Source of the DNA: Macrostomum lignano
Lineage: Eukaryota
Direction: 5' to 3'
NCBI GenBank assembly: GCA_002269645.1
Contig: NIVC01000803.1
Location: 289,156-353,155, forward strand
DNA length: 64,000 nucleotides
Position numbers and translations under genes: made by a program
In this document: positions 23,426-35,014 of the stretch, one piece after another
Position numbering within the stretch: position 1 is the stretch's first letter
Layout of the letters: each line of letters begins with the position of its first letter
Notes under the pieces: model-generated
What the model was told of the DNA's origin: nothing
The model's input: the letters and a program-made list of their open reading frames with translations, nothing else
Database searches by the model: none

Positions 23426-24839
23426 TTATTATTATTATTATTTATATAGAAGATTAAAAAATTAAATAGCCTTTAAATCAATCAATACTATATGTCTAAT
23501 AAGGAATACATTGAATTCATAAATTTTTACCATAGTTTTATAGGCTATTTTAATTAAAAGCAAAGTTGGTTTAAAGAAACATATTAGGGATGCGAGGCCT
23601 ACTCCTCCGTTGAAGGAGAAAGGGGATAGAACTCTCATCGCCAGAATTCCATTTCCTGAAATCCATCAGCTGAATCCCATGACCCGAATTCCATCTTCCA
23701 AATCCTCTCCAAATTCTCTATAGAACCTTTATAATACCATTTCTCTACTACCATAGTTCAGACTGAGACTCCCTCATGTCTATGTCTCATCTCTCCTCTT
23801 ACTCTTTTATCTCTCCTCCCTACTCTTTCATCTCTTCTCTCTTCCCTCATCTCTTCTCTCTTATCTCTTCTCTTTCGTCTGGTCTCTACTGGCTCCTGTC
23901 TCCTCTCTACTCTCTCCTCTCTTAGCCCGTATCTCTCCCCTCTCTCTCTCCTCTTTTATCCCCTCTCTCCTATCTCACCTTGTAGAGTGTTCTACCTCCC
24001 GTAAAAAAAGAAAAAGAAGTTAATCGTAGGATGCTACTGTAAGTAAGTAAGTACACGCATGCGCACCTAAATCTTAAATGAATCATGTTACCAGAAAATA
24101 CGCGATGAGCTATGTTCCCCTTTTAGCGCAACACATGAGTTGTAATGCTGCTATTTTGGACTGCAAATTCGCCTATAAATACAAGTGGTCTGAAGCGGAC
24201 AAGGAGCCAACTCCCGACGATAGGAGAATCTCCGAAGAGGAAGCCTTAGGAGGACTTTCTGATCACCAAGTCAATCGAGACTCGGTCGACTTGTTACGGT
24301 AAGCCTTCCTTATTTGCGCCCGTTGTGTTAGAGACGTCTCGCTCAAGTCTAGTGTTACTTGAGTTTAGTTGAGTCTGTTGAGACTCTTGAGTCTGTTTAG
24401 ACTCTTCTGGTTGCAGTCTCCAGAAGGACTGCCCCTGATAGATCTTAGAAGACTATCAGTGGTTTCTGGAGCTATACCTAGAGTGCATAGAGGCACTGCT
24501 AGAAGGAGGAGGCTTAATTCAAACCGCAGTTCGGCGCAGGGTACCCATTGTTGATACGAGGCCTCTGATTGGTCCTGACTGCAGATACCGGCCGGAACAA
24601 CTTCATCGGAAGTACAAGAGGAACCAGGACCAGAGCAACAGGAGAGACAAGGCGCCTGATCGACAGATCAACTGTGAATAACAGTCAGCGAGATCTACGT
24701 TCGAGATCAACTCAAGGAAGAGATCTACACATCCGGATTAAAGGTAATTGAATACCTTCAGTTAATTACTGGGTTGCCTAGCAAAGTAGCTAGAAGTGAT
24801 TGTTCCTTGATTACGGTTGAGGACTGGTAATAAGGAACA

Positions 24840-26050
24840 CATCAACCTATCTCATCTATCTCTCCCCCTTTCTCTTACCTCTTTTCTCTCCTCTTCCCTC
24901 CTCTACTCTCTCTTCTTTCTCCTCTGCCCTCTCATCTCCTCATCTCTACCTCTCCTCTCCTCTATCCCATCTTTTCCTTTTTCTCCTTCCTCTTTTCTCT
25001 TCTCTTCTCTCCTCTCTTCTCTCGTACTCGTATCTCTCATCTGCTCTCTCATCTCCTTTCTTATCTCTCCTCTCTCCCTTCTCCTTCTCGCTTCTCTCTT
25101 TTCTCTCTTCTTGCCTCGTCTCTCCAATCTCCTTTTGTTTCTTTCATCTCTCATCTCTTATCTATTCTCTCCTCCATCCTGTACTCTCTTTTCTTTTCTC
25201 TCTCTCGGCTCTCGTCACATATCTATATTCTCTCTACCTTTTTTCTCTTATCTTTCCTCTCTACGTCTCCTATCTCCTGTCTCATCTGTCCTTTCTATTT
25301 TCTCTCTCCTCTGTACTATCTTATCCCTCCTCTCTCCTCTCTCCTCTCATTTTTCCTCTCTACTCTCCTTTCTTACCTCTACATCAGGGGTCGGCTAACT
25401 TTTTTCAGTGCGGGCCGGATTGGACGACTGGCTGAGGTGGCGGGCCAAAAAAATGCACAACAATGCACACAAAGTAGTACCTTCGTGTCGTGATGTGGCA
25501 ATTGACTATAACAAACAATTTAGCTGCCAGTACATTTAATTGTAAACTGTTAGATTGTTCACTTGTTTCATATTTTTGGACTCTAAAAATAGATAGAAAT
25601 CGAATTCAATCAAAAATTAATTTAACAAACGATTCTACTAAAGGATAGCCGCCAATTTTATATGATAGACCAAATACAACCAACAACATCACAATTGAAA
25701 TTGACACAGTATTGTGATAGGAATGCCGAGGTGAAAGCTAATTTTGCTTGAAAAGTTGAATGTTTCAACACAAAATTGGTTCGCGGGCCACTTTTACATT
25801 GTTAGATATTAAGAGTGCTGCGGGCCGGACTTGAAGATGACGCGGGCCGGATCTGGCCCGCGGGCCGCAGTTTGCCAACCCCTGCTCTACATTCTCTTCT
25901 CTTCTCTCTCCCCCTTCATTTCCGCCTAACTCCCCTCTTCTCTCCCCTCTATCATCTTTAATCTCTCCTTTCCCATATCTACTGTCTTGTCTTGGTTTTC
26001 TATCATCTCTCCTCTCTTCTCCTTTCTATCTTTTCTCTACCCTCTTATCT
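24840..26050. repeat. CT-rich low-complexity tract (a second tract lies at ~23790-23975)
   Basis: Polypyrimidine sequence producing spurious Ser/Leu-rich and Arg/Glu-rich ORFs, interrupted by a hAT MITE. Confidence 0.85.
25385..25884 (+). mobile_element. hAT (Charlie/Buster-type) MITE, 500 bp
   Basis: TIR CAGGGGTCGGCTAAC / GTTTGCCAACCCCTG, perfect 8-bp TSD CTCTACAT (25377-84 and 25885-92), subterminal GCGGGCCGGA motifs. Confidence 0.92.
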
Positions 26051-29000
26051 TCTGACTGACTGAAGGCACCAATAATAAAAACCAATTGAAATTTGTCATC
26101 CGCCTGCATTACTGAAATTACTCAAATAATAGCTGACTTGAAAGTGCGTATGCAACAACCTCAACTTAATGTTTGACTGACCTATCGCAAAAATAACTAC
26201 AATCTTCGCAAAAGTTTAAAATATGGAAATCGTTTTTTCAATGCTGTGCTTTTTGTTTTTATATTTAAAGCAAACAACTTATGTCCCCAAACACGGCATT
26301 GCAAAATCTTTCCAGCAATAAGTATCTCCTCTCAAAGCTTATAACTCAGCATAATTAACATTTGATTCCAGATTTAAAGCATTGAAGCATCGAGTGTGTT
26401 GTGTACATTCACTGCCTGCTATAGCAAGAGGCTTGCAATCTTATTCATTGAATTTCAGGGCTGCCTATTGAAAGGTGCCAATAATAAAACCAATTGAATC
26501 ACCAAACATAGTCCTAGCTATCTATAGCCTCTGTTTACATTGTACATTGCTTTGTACATTCAGTTCAACCCTCTGTTCCAGGGGAATCATTAAAATTTAA
26601 TTGCAGCCCCAACATGGCATGGCCTAGGGGGGTTATTTGCATTGAACATAGAACATGTGTCACCCACCCCCTCTAATACACAGCGACCCGTGGGCGGAGG
26701 TTGGCGTAGTTCTTTTTACAGATATGCAAGCAAAGTGGCCGAAGAAGGTTAAGAAAGGAAGAGATATGCATTAAACCCGGCTGGTCAATCTATTGATTAA
26801 TCAATTAATCCACTCAGCTTTAGATATAGGAGATACTTTAATTCAGGCTTTATTTGTGCTGATACAATATTCTCTAATATTATCAAAACCAGTTGATGAA
26901 TTAAAAATTGAAAAACTTTATAGCATTTTTATATTAATTTTTTACACTGTAACTCTAGTCTTATTAGACTTTATAAAAAGCTAACTTTATTTTAAGTACT
27001 TAAATGATTTAAAAATAATAGATCTTATAAAATTCTTTTACTTCTTATTGATTTTGTCAAAAAGCAAAAATTATCTATAATGTATTAATAATTATCAAAT
27101 AGTAGACATACTTTGCAACTTGCCCTTGGTCTGCCATAATAATGATATATGTGCAATATATACTTAGTTGACTTAGATGATCTAGCTAGGTAACAGGATT
27201 ATTAATACAAGTATGTTCCAAAACTAATCCACTAAGCACCAAAATTATTATGCATATACAAGACAAAAGCATTGAGAAACAAAATAAGCAAGAGAAAAAG
27301 GACTTATGCTTATTAGAAAAAGTGAATGCAAAATAAAAAATAAATATATTATAGTGACATTGTATAAGGGAATTGCAAAAAGATAAGAAAGAAATAATTT
27401 CAATTAGAAAGAAATGATATACCTTAAAAAGGGTTGTTTGACATGGAATAAATTTTTAGGGCCTATAGACACCATGGATGTTCATCTCAACTACAATCAG
27501 CTTTTATAATATAGTTGTTAAGCCTATGCTACTAGGAAGCCTAGGCTAAATATCAGATTATTGATAAACTATTTTAAACAAATGTTAGTTTTGCACATAT
27601 TTCAATTAATTTGTGTAGGACCAAGACCACTACACACCAAGATTGCCACACTTGGAAGTGCTAAGGGAGAATTTGGCTTGATTTGTTATTAGATAGTGCT
27701 GGAAAGGAGATAAATAGATAGGAGAGCCAGCAGGACAAGGCTGTAAGAAAGGAACCTATGAGAGAAATGGCAATGCTAGAAGATTGGTAGCTCACCCTCA
27801 ATACCAGTAGCCAGTAGCTATGGGGGGTATGGCAGTCTTAGTATAGGGGGGGCCTATAACTAACAGTTTATAACAATGTGTACCAATTATGCCTAATTGT
27901 CTTAGACTTTAATATATTTATTATATTTAACCTGGATTAAAACTAGGTCTAGAATGAAACAAAAATTGTTATTGTAAAATAACTCATAGCTATAGGTCTA
28001 GATAATATAATATTTTTGATCAAATTAGGCCTATTTCATAATGAAAAAAATGCAAACAAAAACAAAAAGCTTAACTTTTCTAAGAAAGAATAGTATATAT
28101 ATAAGTTTTTGTAAGACCAAAAAACAATCAAAAGTTTAATTGATAATAAAAATCATACAACGAATATGTAGTTGTCTAGGCCTATTTATTATCTGGAAAG
28201 ATTTTTGTAGGAAAAAATAAGCCAAGTAGTCCTATTATTTTTTATAAATCACAAACCATGAAAAAAATGTATACGATGGTCGAATGACTTTTTCGTGAGT
28301 GCATAGTGCTAGAATAGTTTTTTCTGGTATATGTTATTATCAAAGTCAGGAAGGTGAAGGTGACACAATATAGGTCTGAATTTTTTTAATAAAATAGTTG
28401 ACTAATTTAAATTGGATCCGACTAAGCTGACTCGTTTACAAGTTAAAACATCAAGAAATTCGACTAAGTTCTATGTAGTAACACAACGCTTACATTAACT
28501 TTGACAATTTTAGGATAGCATCAGGATTAGAATAGCTTAAAGTGAAAAAAATTACGATTAAAAAAATAAACCGCGCTACAAGTATTTTCTATAAAAGCAA
28601 ACTTTAAATGTATCAACAGGTTGCAAAATAAAAAAACAAATACAAGCTACCAAAACACTAGAAAAATTTTCTGATTTTTAACTGTTTAATATCTTACTTA
28701 AAAGATTTTGTTGCTTAAATAATTATTTTAAAGTTTAAGACGAGTTCTAGTTCCTAAAATATTCGAAGCCGGTGGTATTAAAAAGTTACTTAGCAAATTG
28801 GCTCGTAAAAAGGAACCGTCTTTAGTACATTCATTTCTCCTACCTCCTTGACCGAACATTCAGAATAAAGCTAAGGACTAATAATTATCATAATTTGTAC
28901 GCACTGCAATATGGAATATGCAAACTGCAAAGCTTCTACTGTAATTAGCTAATCGTCCGAAAAATGTTTTTTATTATGATGTTTTTGTACTCCACGTGCC

Positions 29001-30070
29001 ATTAGAGCATTTATAGTAACCACAGCAACTATCGCCAACTAAAATATAAACTTACATGTACATGCATGTAAGAATACATGTACATTAAAATTCATGTACA
29101 GTTACATATACACATTTTCGTGTACGTACATGTGTAATGTCTTGGTATCCTACAATCGGACTGTGACAGTGTGATTCGTAGAAGCGCGTGTATCGTATTT
29201 CTTTATTTTCATATGCATACCGTGCTACTACTGTATTATTCCATTTATTTTAACAAAAAATTCGTACGTATTATTATCGCGCTATTTTTACTGTTAATTG
29301 TAGCCTCGTATGTTTTATTCTATTATTTGTATTTCATTCATATCGTTATTATTTGTCGTAAAGTAGTTCTACCTATGTACTTGTACTGACGTATGTTATT
29401 CTTGCATGATATATTTATCGATTGATTTGTACATGTACATTGCGCGCCGCGTGGGGGGTTTGTCTGGGTTTTGGATTAGGGTCGCTGTTGTTTGTTATCT
29501 GTTTACCTTACCAATTAAATATACGCTTGCAGCCAGCCGCCGCTCTCCCCCTGCGCTCCTGAGTTTTCGCTCCGCTTCTCGCGGGCCCCTTAGCCGTCGC
29601 ATTCAATTGCTTTAGTCGCACTAAAATTAAGCAGCTACCAATCAAAACCTAACCTTCAATTCAACATACCAAATCTGAATCTGCAATTTACGCTAAGGGA
29701 AGTCGGCTACTGGCTTTAGATTATCAAATTTAACCGCTACACAAACTGCACGTCTTCCTGCCTTTATTCGTCACAGGACCTAACTCGCAAGGATTCGATT
29801 TGAAAATAAAATCAAATGATTAAAACAAATATTTATGCGCACCTTGAAAACAAAATTAGATTCTGTTGTTTAAATCACAGAATCGGGTTTGTGCGACAAA
29901 CAAATAAATGTGCGGTTTATTTTTGATAGCCGCTTCTATAAAATTTTGATATCAAGCTTCAAATTAAAAATTGACATCATTTTGAAAAAAGGATGAAAAC
30001 AAGATGTTTTTGTTCTCAACTTTCTGGGAGGATTGACTCGTATGGTTCATCAAATCAATTTGCAACTCGA

Positions 30071-33000
30071 TCAGGGCAGCTTTGTTGGAACGTCCCTGCT
30101 CTCCTTTTCGTTCTGGCTGAGCGTCTTCGACTCGTCTAGCACAAGTTTGGGCCGGCCTACAGCGTAGCGGAAGCTCTGGCCAAACAAGCTGGAATACCGG
30201 AAGTCAATCTCTTGTCGAGTGTAGCGCTGAATGTGCAACATCTCGTCCTGAGCCTTCTTAATTGTGTCCGATTTTCCTGTGTCCACAGCCTCCTCTTCGG
30301 CTTGGCTGACTTCGCACATCTTTTCATAGTCCCTGGCAAACATAATGATGGATCCGGCGCTGCCCATGGCGGATGTGCAAGACATGCCCTCACCACCCTC
30401 GCCAGCCATGATGCGCATAGACATGAGACGCTTGCGAGTCACCAGGAAGTCACCAACTTCATCCAGCGTGCTTGGTCGGTCGTCATTAGACGAGTCTCGC
30501 TTGCGCCAGAACGACATGCTAAACATGTCGGATATCTGCGGTATTGAGTAGAATTGAGTCAGCATTAAAGGTGCCTTCTTCATCACGCGCATCACGCTGG
30601 TGGACTGCAGGCCGGGCACGCAGTTGGACAGGCTGGTCAGGCCAAAGAATGTATCATAGAAGCTGTAGCTCAGGAACGGTTCAATGAACTCGCTGCTGAT
30701 GAGGATGTCCAGCAGGATTTTGCAGATTCGGTCAATGATGATGGCTGGGAAGTTTTTCAACAGACAAGTCTGCAAGACGCCGAACAGCAGCGATATGCAG
30801 TTCATGATGTCGTATCGGTGGAACCAGCACAGCATGTGCGGCTTAGAAGCAATATCGGACCAATTCTGTTCCCTAAGCACCACCTTTTTCACTTTCTCAG
30901 ACTCTGCATCTGCGTCTAAATCCTCGAGGCAGTGCAAATTGACAATTTCGTAGATTTGAAACAGCAGCGGGTCTTTATGCCACAGGGCTTCCGAACAGTG
31001 ACGATCGCAGCAGAAGTAGCGATTCTTCTGGAAAACCTCGGTGACGGAAAGAATCTGGCTGAGAGTAGTCAGGTTCTCATAGTCATAGTAGTATGTGTAG
31101 GAAAGGAATCGCCTGGGTGCGGACACCGCATGCGGTATGACGGGCCTGGCCGGTTTGTGCTCAAACACCTTCACGTAGTCGCTGGGCATAGATGGCTCCT
31201 TGTCGTGCAGAAGCTTCCGCCCGGCGTACATGCCAAAGCTGTTCGGATCGTTGAAGTTTTCCGAGTTCAACTTCTTGAGCTCGAAGTATTCGAGCATTAC
31301 CTGGCCCATCTCTTTAAGATCGATGAGCTTGAATTGGGGCGACCGAGACTCGATCAGTTGCTGCGACACTTTCGATAATTGAAGGCTTGGCTTGCGCTTC
31401 AGCACATTGCGACAAACGTCAACCCAATCCAGGAACGGGGTGATGTATTGATAGTAGCGGCGTCTGAAGTGATTCGAAGGTTGAAGGTTAGGAAAAAGTC
31501 TTTAAACCTTTCTTTCACTATCAAGCTGACTAATGGGCTTGAGGGTAACTTACCTATAGACAAGCTTCGATGGATCGCCGGGCGCCCACCTGATAGCTAG
31601 CAAATGCGGAATAGCCCCGTAGGCCTCTCGCTTCAAGATGATGTAGTCATAGTGAAACAGCATGATGTCACCACAGGAAGTGTCATTGACAAACGAGGCA
31701 TAGTTGTCCTGATTATAATAGATCATTGGTTTCCGAAACTTTTGCTGCTTGGAGAGCACCTTCAATGCGCCGTAGTAGCGCAGGTAGACGGCAATGCCGA
31801 AAGAGTTCATAAAGAGCACTGTCTTTGCTGAAAAAAATTTCATTGGGGTCGTTCTTTAAGAACTGCTGGAAATCCTACTGGAAAATTTTAGCCAACATTT
31901 CACCCATGCTATGCAATTCTGTGTTATGAATAACTAAAAATTGTCAGCCAACTGCAACATCATCGTCTCATTTTCAATTATAATAAAAATAAAATCTTCA
32001 GATGTAGCTTGGTACTCACAGTTAAACATGGACCTCTCCAGCGCGTTTCCCTTCAAGTACAAGGACGGCTGGTCCAGCAGCTGATAGTACTTGTCTGTCT
32101 CGAACAGAATGCGGGTGCGCCCCTGCTTCAGCATCCGCAGCAGTCGACAGTCGCCACCGTCGCCCATTATGTTGAGCAGCCACTTGGTGTTGCAGTGGTT
32201 AGCACCGAAGAAGCCCTCTCCGACGCCAATCACGTACTTGTTATCCCAGCCATGGTGCATCGCCTTGGGCAAGTTCAGGAATATCTTTGGCTGCTCGTCG
32301 TGAGTACCCGAGTTGTCCGGCTCGAGGCTAACGATCGACTTGGCTACGTCCCACTGTTTGTCAAGGACGGCTTCCATCTGCGATTTGCGCATTTTGACGG
32401 TCTGATTGTTGTGCTTCTTTCCGTTGTTGACAGAACCGCAGTCTTGCTTCTGCACCAATATGCTGCTCTGTTGAATCAGTTTATTAGATTAGGCACATCG
32501 TGAGTTGCCCATTTTTTTCTAACTGTACCCCCTTTGGGCCATAGACAGCGCTTCTGCGCAGAAAATCCGATCAATATTTATTTAAAGATCTCTAATTTTT
32601 AGCTCTAATTTGGATTAAAAGAATATGATTTCCTTAGGTGATTGGTGATGCATATATAAGTAGATTCTGCACGCACACTACTACTTCGAATTCGATTTAA
32701 ATTTCTAAACGTTTTTTACTGTGTGGCGACAGCTGTTAGTGCCATTTAAACAGCTATACAGTATGCTTTTAATGGTAAAAGAACAAAATAGGATATTATA
32801 CAGACCACAGACACATCTAGAACACAGACACAGACACATATTAGAAAGGAAAAGCTAATAGGTGAATAGCTATACGAGTGTATCATGTGAAGCTTTCGAA
32901 TTTTGTCAAACAGGCCGCAACAGTCTCGCCCGACTGTGATCGTCGCTAATGTTCAGCGCTTCAACTTGTGCAACCTGAGCCCAGCCGGGGCCATCCAGTT

Positions 33001-33178
33001 CCTGCAGCTGTTGCCGACGCCCCCATTCTACTGGACGTTGGTTGCCGCTTTGCAGGGAATTTCTACTGAAAAAGTACACGAGCAGAGCCGTCACGGTGAT
33101 CAGCTCGGCGGCGATGAGGCAGAGCAGCAGTCTCAGGGAAGCCACTGTATTGCTCCAGTGAGTCGCTTTTATGGGCAC
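30071..33178 (-). CDS. Uncharacterised multi-exon gene, ~790 aa, possible N-terminal membrane anchor; 5' end unresolved
   Basis: Exons 32467-32020, 31827-31554 and 31463-30071 join in frame via canonical sites (T|gtgagt, ttttcag|CA, AG|gtaagt, ttcag|A). An upstream exon 33178-32912 joins in phase 0 through a weaker donor (CCT|gtttga) and encodes a hydrophobic run LRLLLCLIAAELITVTALLVYFFS. No in-frame ATG at the 5' end and no family recognised. Confidence 0.6.
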
Positions 33179-33769
33179 TTTACCAAATTGCTCCAGCTCA
33201 GGGCGATATCAACTGAGTGGGGATAAATACAGTCCGGAAAGTGCCCTACAGCCTCCCAGGCTTCATCAGGCTTCAGCTATCTATACAGCCCATCCTTATA
33301 TCGTAATCTGACCGAGAGGCAGTTCATCAGACTAAAGCTGCACATGCCGGCCCAATCCCAGAGCTTGGCGAGCAAGCATTTCTGATGTACGCACTACATG
33401 TAGCAGTAGTATAGCCGTATTTTGTAATGCATCAACTGCAACCAAGTTGATTGGCTGGGTAGAAGAAGATCAAATCAACAGCAATGTAGGGCCACGGGGG
33501 AATAGGCAAGTTCAGCCTACGGTTGAAGAGCTCGACACTGCACTTTTTATGAGTAGGTAGCAAAAGCAGCTCAAATAGAATATTAATGACACTGTACTTT
33601 AACAAATGACTAAAGCCTAAAGTTCCTGCCTACTGACTGCAGCAAAAAACCATGCTTCTCCTGATAAATTCAAATTGAGAAATGAAGAGTATTATTGTAA
33701 AAGCTCGGTCCTGGTTGTTAGAAAACTACCAGGAATTATTTTACTTACTTGAACTATATACTGACGAGA

Positions 33770-33849
33770 GGGGGGTCGTAGCCTAGTGGTTAGAGCGGCG
33801 GACTCATAAATTGAAGGTCGGGGTTTCGATTCTCGACCTACTCGGAACA
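33770..33849 (+). mobile_element. tRNA-derived SINE, 5' part (split by LINE insertion)
   Basis: A box TAGCCTAGTGG, B-box-like GTTTCGATTCT; ends in CTCGGAACA (left TSD, 33841-49). Confidence 0.8.
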
Positions 33850-34322
33850 CGCGAAGGCGTATTCAGCATGCCAGTGAAGTATGAGACAGACTAGGCCTAC
33901 GAGCTAAGGTCTGCGATGCTTCACGCCTGCCCCTATCTTCAGCAGGTCAAGGCTGGTGGGAGGTCTGCACCCTCTATTTGCCTCTGGCAGCCGCAGACTC
34001 CCCCACGCTGTCTCGCAAGTCGACCCAGGGGTACCCGTCCCCGCGTGTGTTCAAGGCAGACCCTAGGGCTGCTGGACAGACTGGGCTCCGGCGCTGGCGA
34101 CCCATCCAGTGGCTTCGGCCGAATTTGGGTATGCGGGTCTGGCTTACCAGCCTGCAGGCCGTACCCTCTAATGCCTCAGGTGTTTGACCGTGCCGATGGG
34201 CTGGAAGGCCGGGGAGTAGTCCGGTCGCTAGCGGTCCCCTTTTTCAAACCGGCTGGCTTGGGGTGTCGGCCAGTCGGGTACTCAACTCGCGTAACGAGTA
34301 GCCCTCCCCCCGCTTTTCAGCT

Positions 34323-35012
34323 ATGGCCACTATTGCCACCATTCCTAAAGAAACTGACCCGGTCGCCTCTGGCCCACCGGGATCAGCCGCTCCGGTAGCT
34401 ACCACTGGTAGCACCAATGCCCAACCTGGTCCAACCATCCTCCGCTGTGAGGAGGGCAAGGTGGAGACCAAGAACGACGGGAAGCGCGCCGCTCCCGGAG
34501 CTGGGGCTCAGGCTCCGCCGGCCAAGCGGCAGCAGCAACCCGATCCCGAGCCTAACAAGGCTATTCGCGCTGCTGAGTCCACCTCGCGCGGACGTAGACC
34601 CGCCCGCAGTAACCGGCGGTCCGGGCTAATCCAGCGCGCACTTGACGAAGCTCAGTCTCTGAGACTTCACCTCGAGCAGACTCATGCCGCTCGCAAAAAC
34701 ACTGAAAGCCAGCCGAGGGAACTGGACGACGGCATGGCTCAGCCTTCCAACTGGTGGGATTACCACCAGGAGGACGCTGCCGGCCGAGCTCAGACTCCCG
34801 ACGGCAGGGCGCAAGGCGAAGGTAGCAGCCGTACCCCAGTCGCTGGGGAGGAGGGCGGTGTAGCGCGGCTAGGTAACTCACCTGCCGTGGGTGCCGTGTC
34901 CGCCTCCGCGGCGGCTGGGGAGGCGGCTGAGCCTGAGCCAATGGAAATTGGCGACTCAACTCTCACCGATGAGGCTGAGAACGAGTTGCTTTTCTCCTCC
35001 CCTGGACAGTAG
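34323..35012 (+). CDS. LINE ORF1, 229 aa, low-complexity
   Basis: ATG-initiated ORF ending 2 nt before the ORF2 ATG. Ala/Pro/Gly-rich with a basic patch and acidic C-terminus; no CCHC knuckle seen. Confidence 0.65.
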   Translation: MATIATIPKETDPVASGPPGSAAPVATTGSTNAQPGPTILRCEEGKVETKNDGKRAAPGAGAQAPPAKRQQQPDPEPNKAIRAAESTSRGRRPARSNRRSGLIQRALDEAQSLRLHLEQTHAARKNTESQPRELDDGMAQPSNWWDYHQEDAAGRAQTPDGRAQGEGSSRTPVAGEEGGVARLGNSPAVGAVSASAAAGEAAEPEPMEIGDSTLTDEAENELLFSSPGQ

Positions 35013-35014
35013 AC

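Noticed and set aside
24086-24832. Second solo LTR (TGTTACCAG...CTGGTAATA, TATA-like at ~24174)
   Set aside because: The right end is TA rather than CA, there is no TSD and no second copy in the window; suggestive only.
24817-25398. 193-aa Ser/Leu-rich 'membrane protein' ORF (and the similar ORF 21652-22224)
   Set aside because: It is a translation of CT-rich low-complexity DNA and runs into a MITE.
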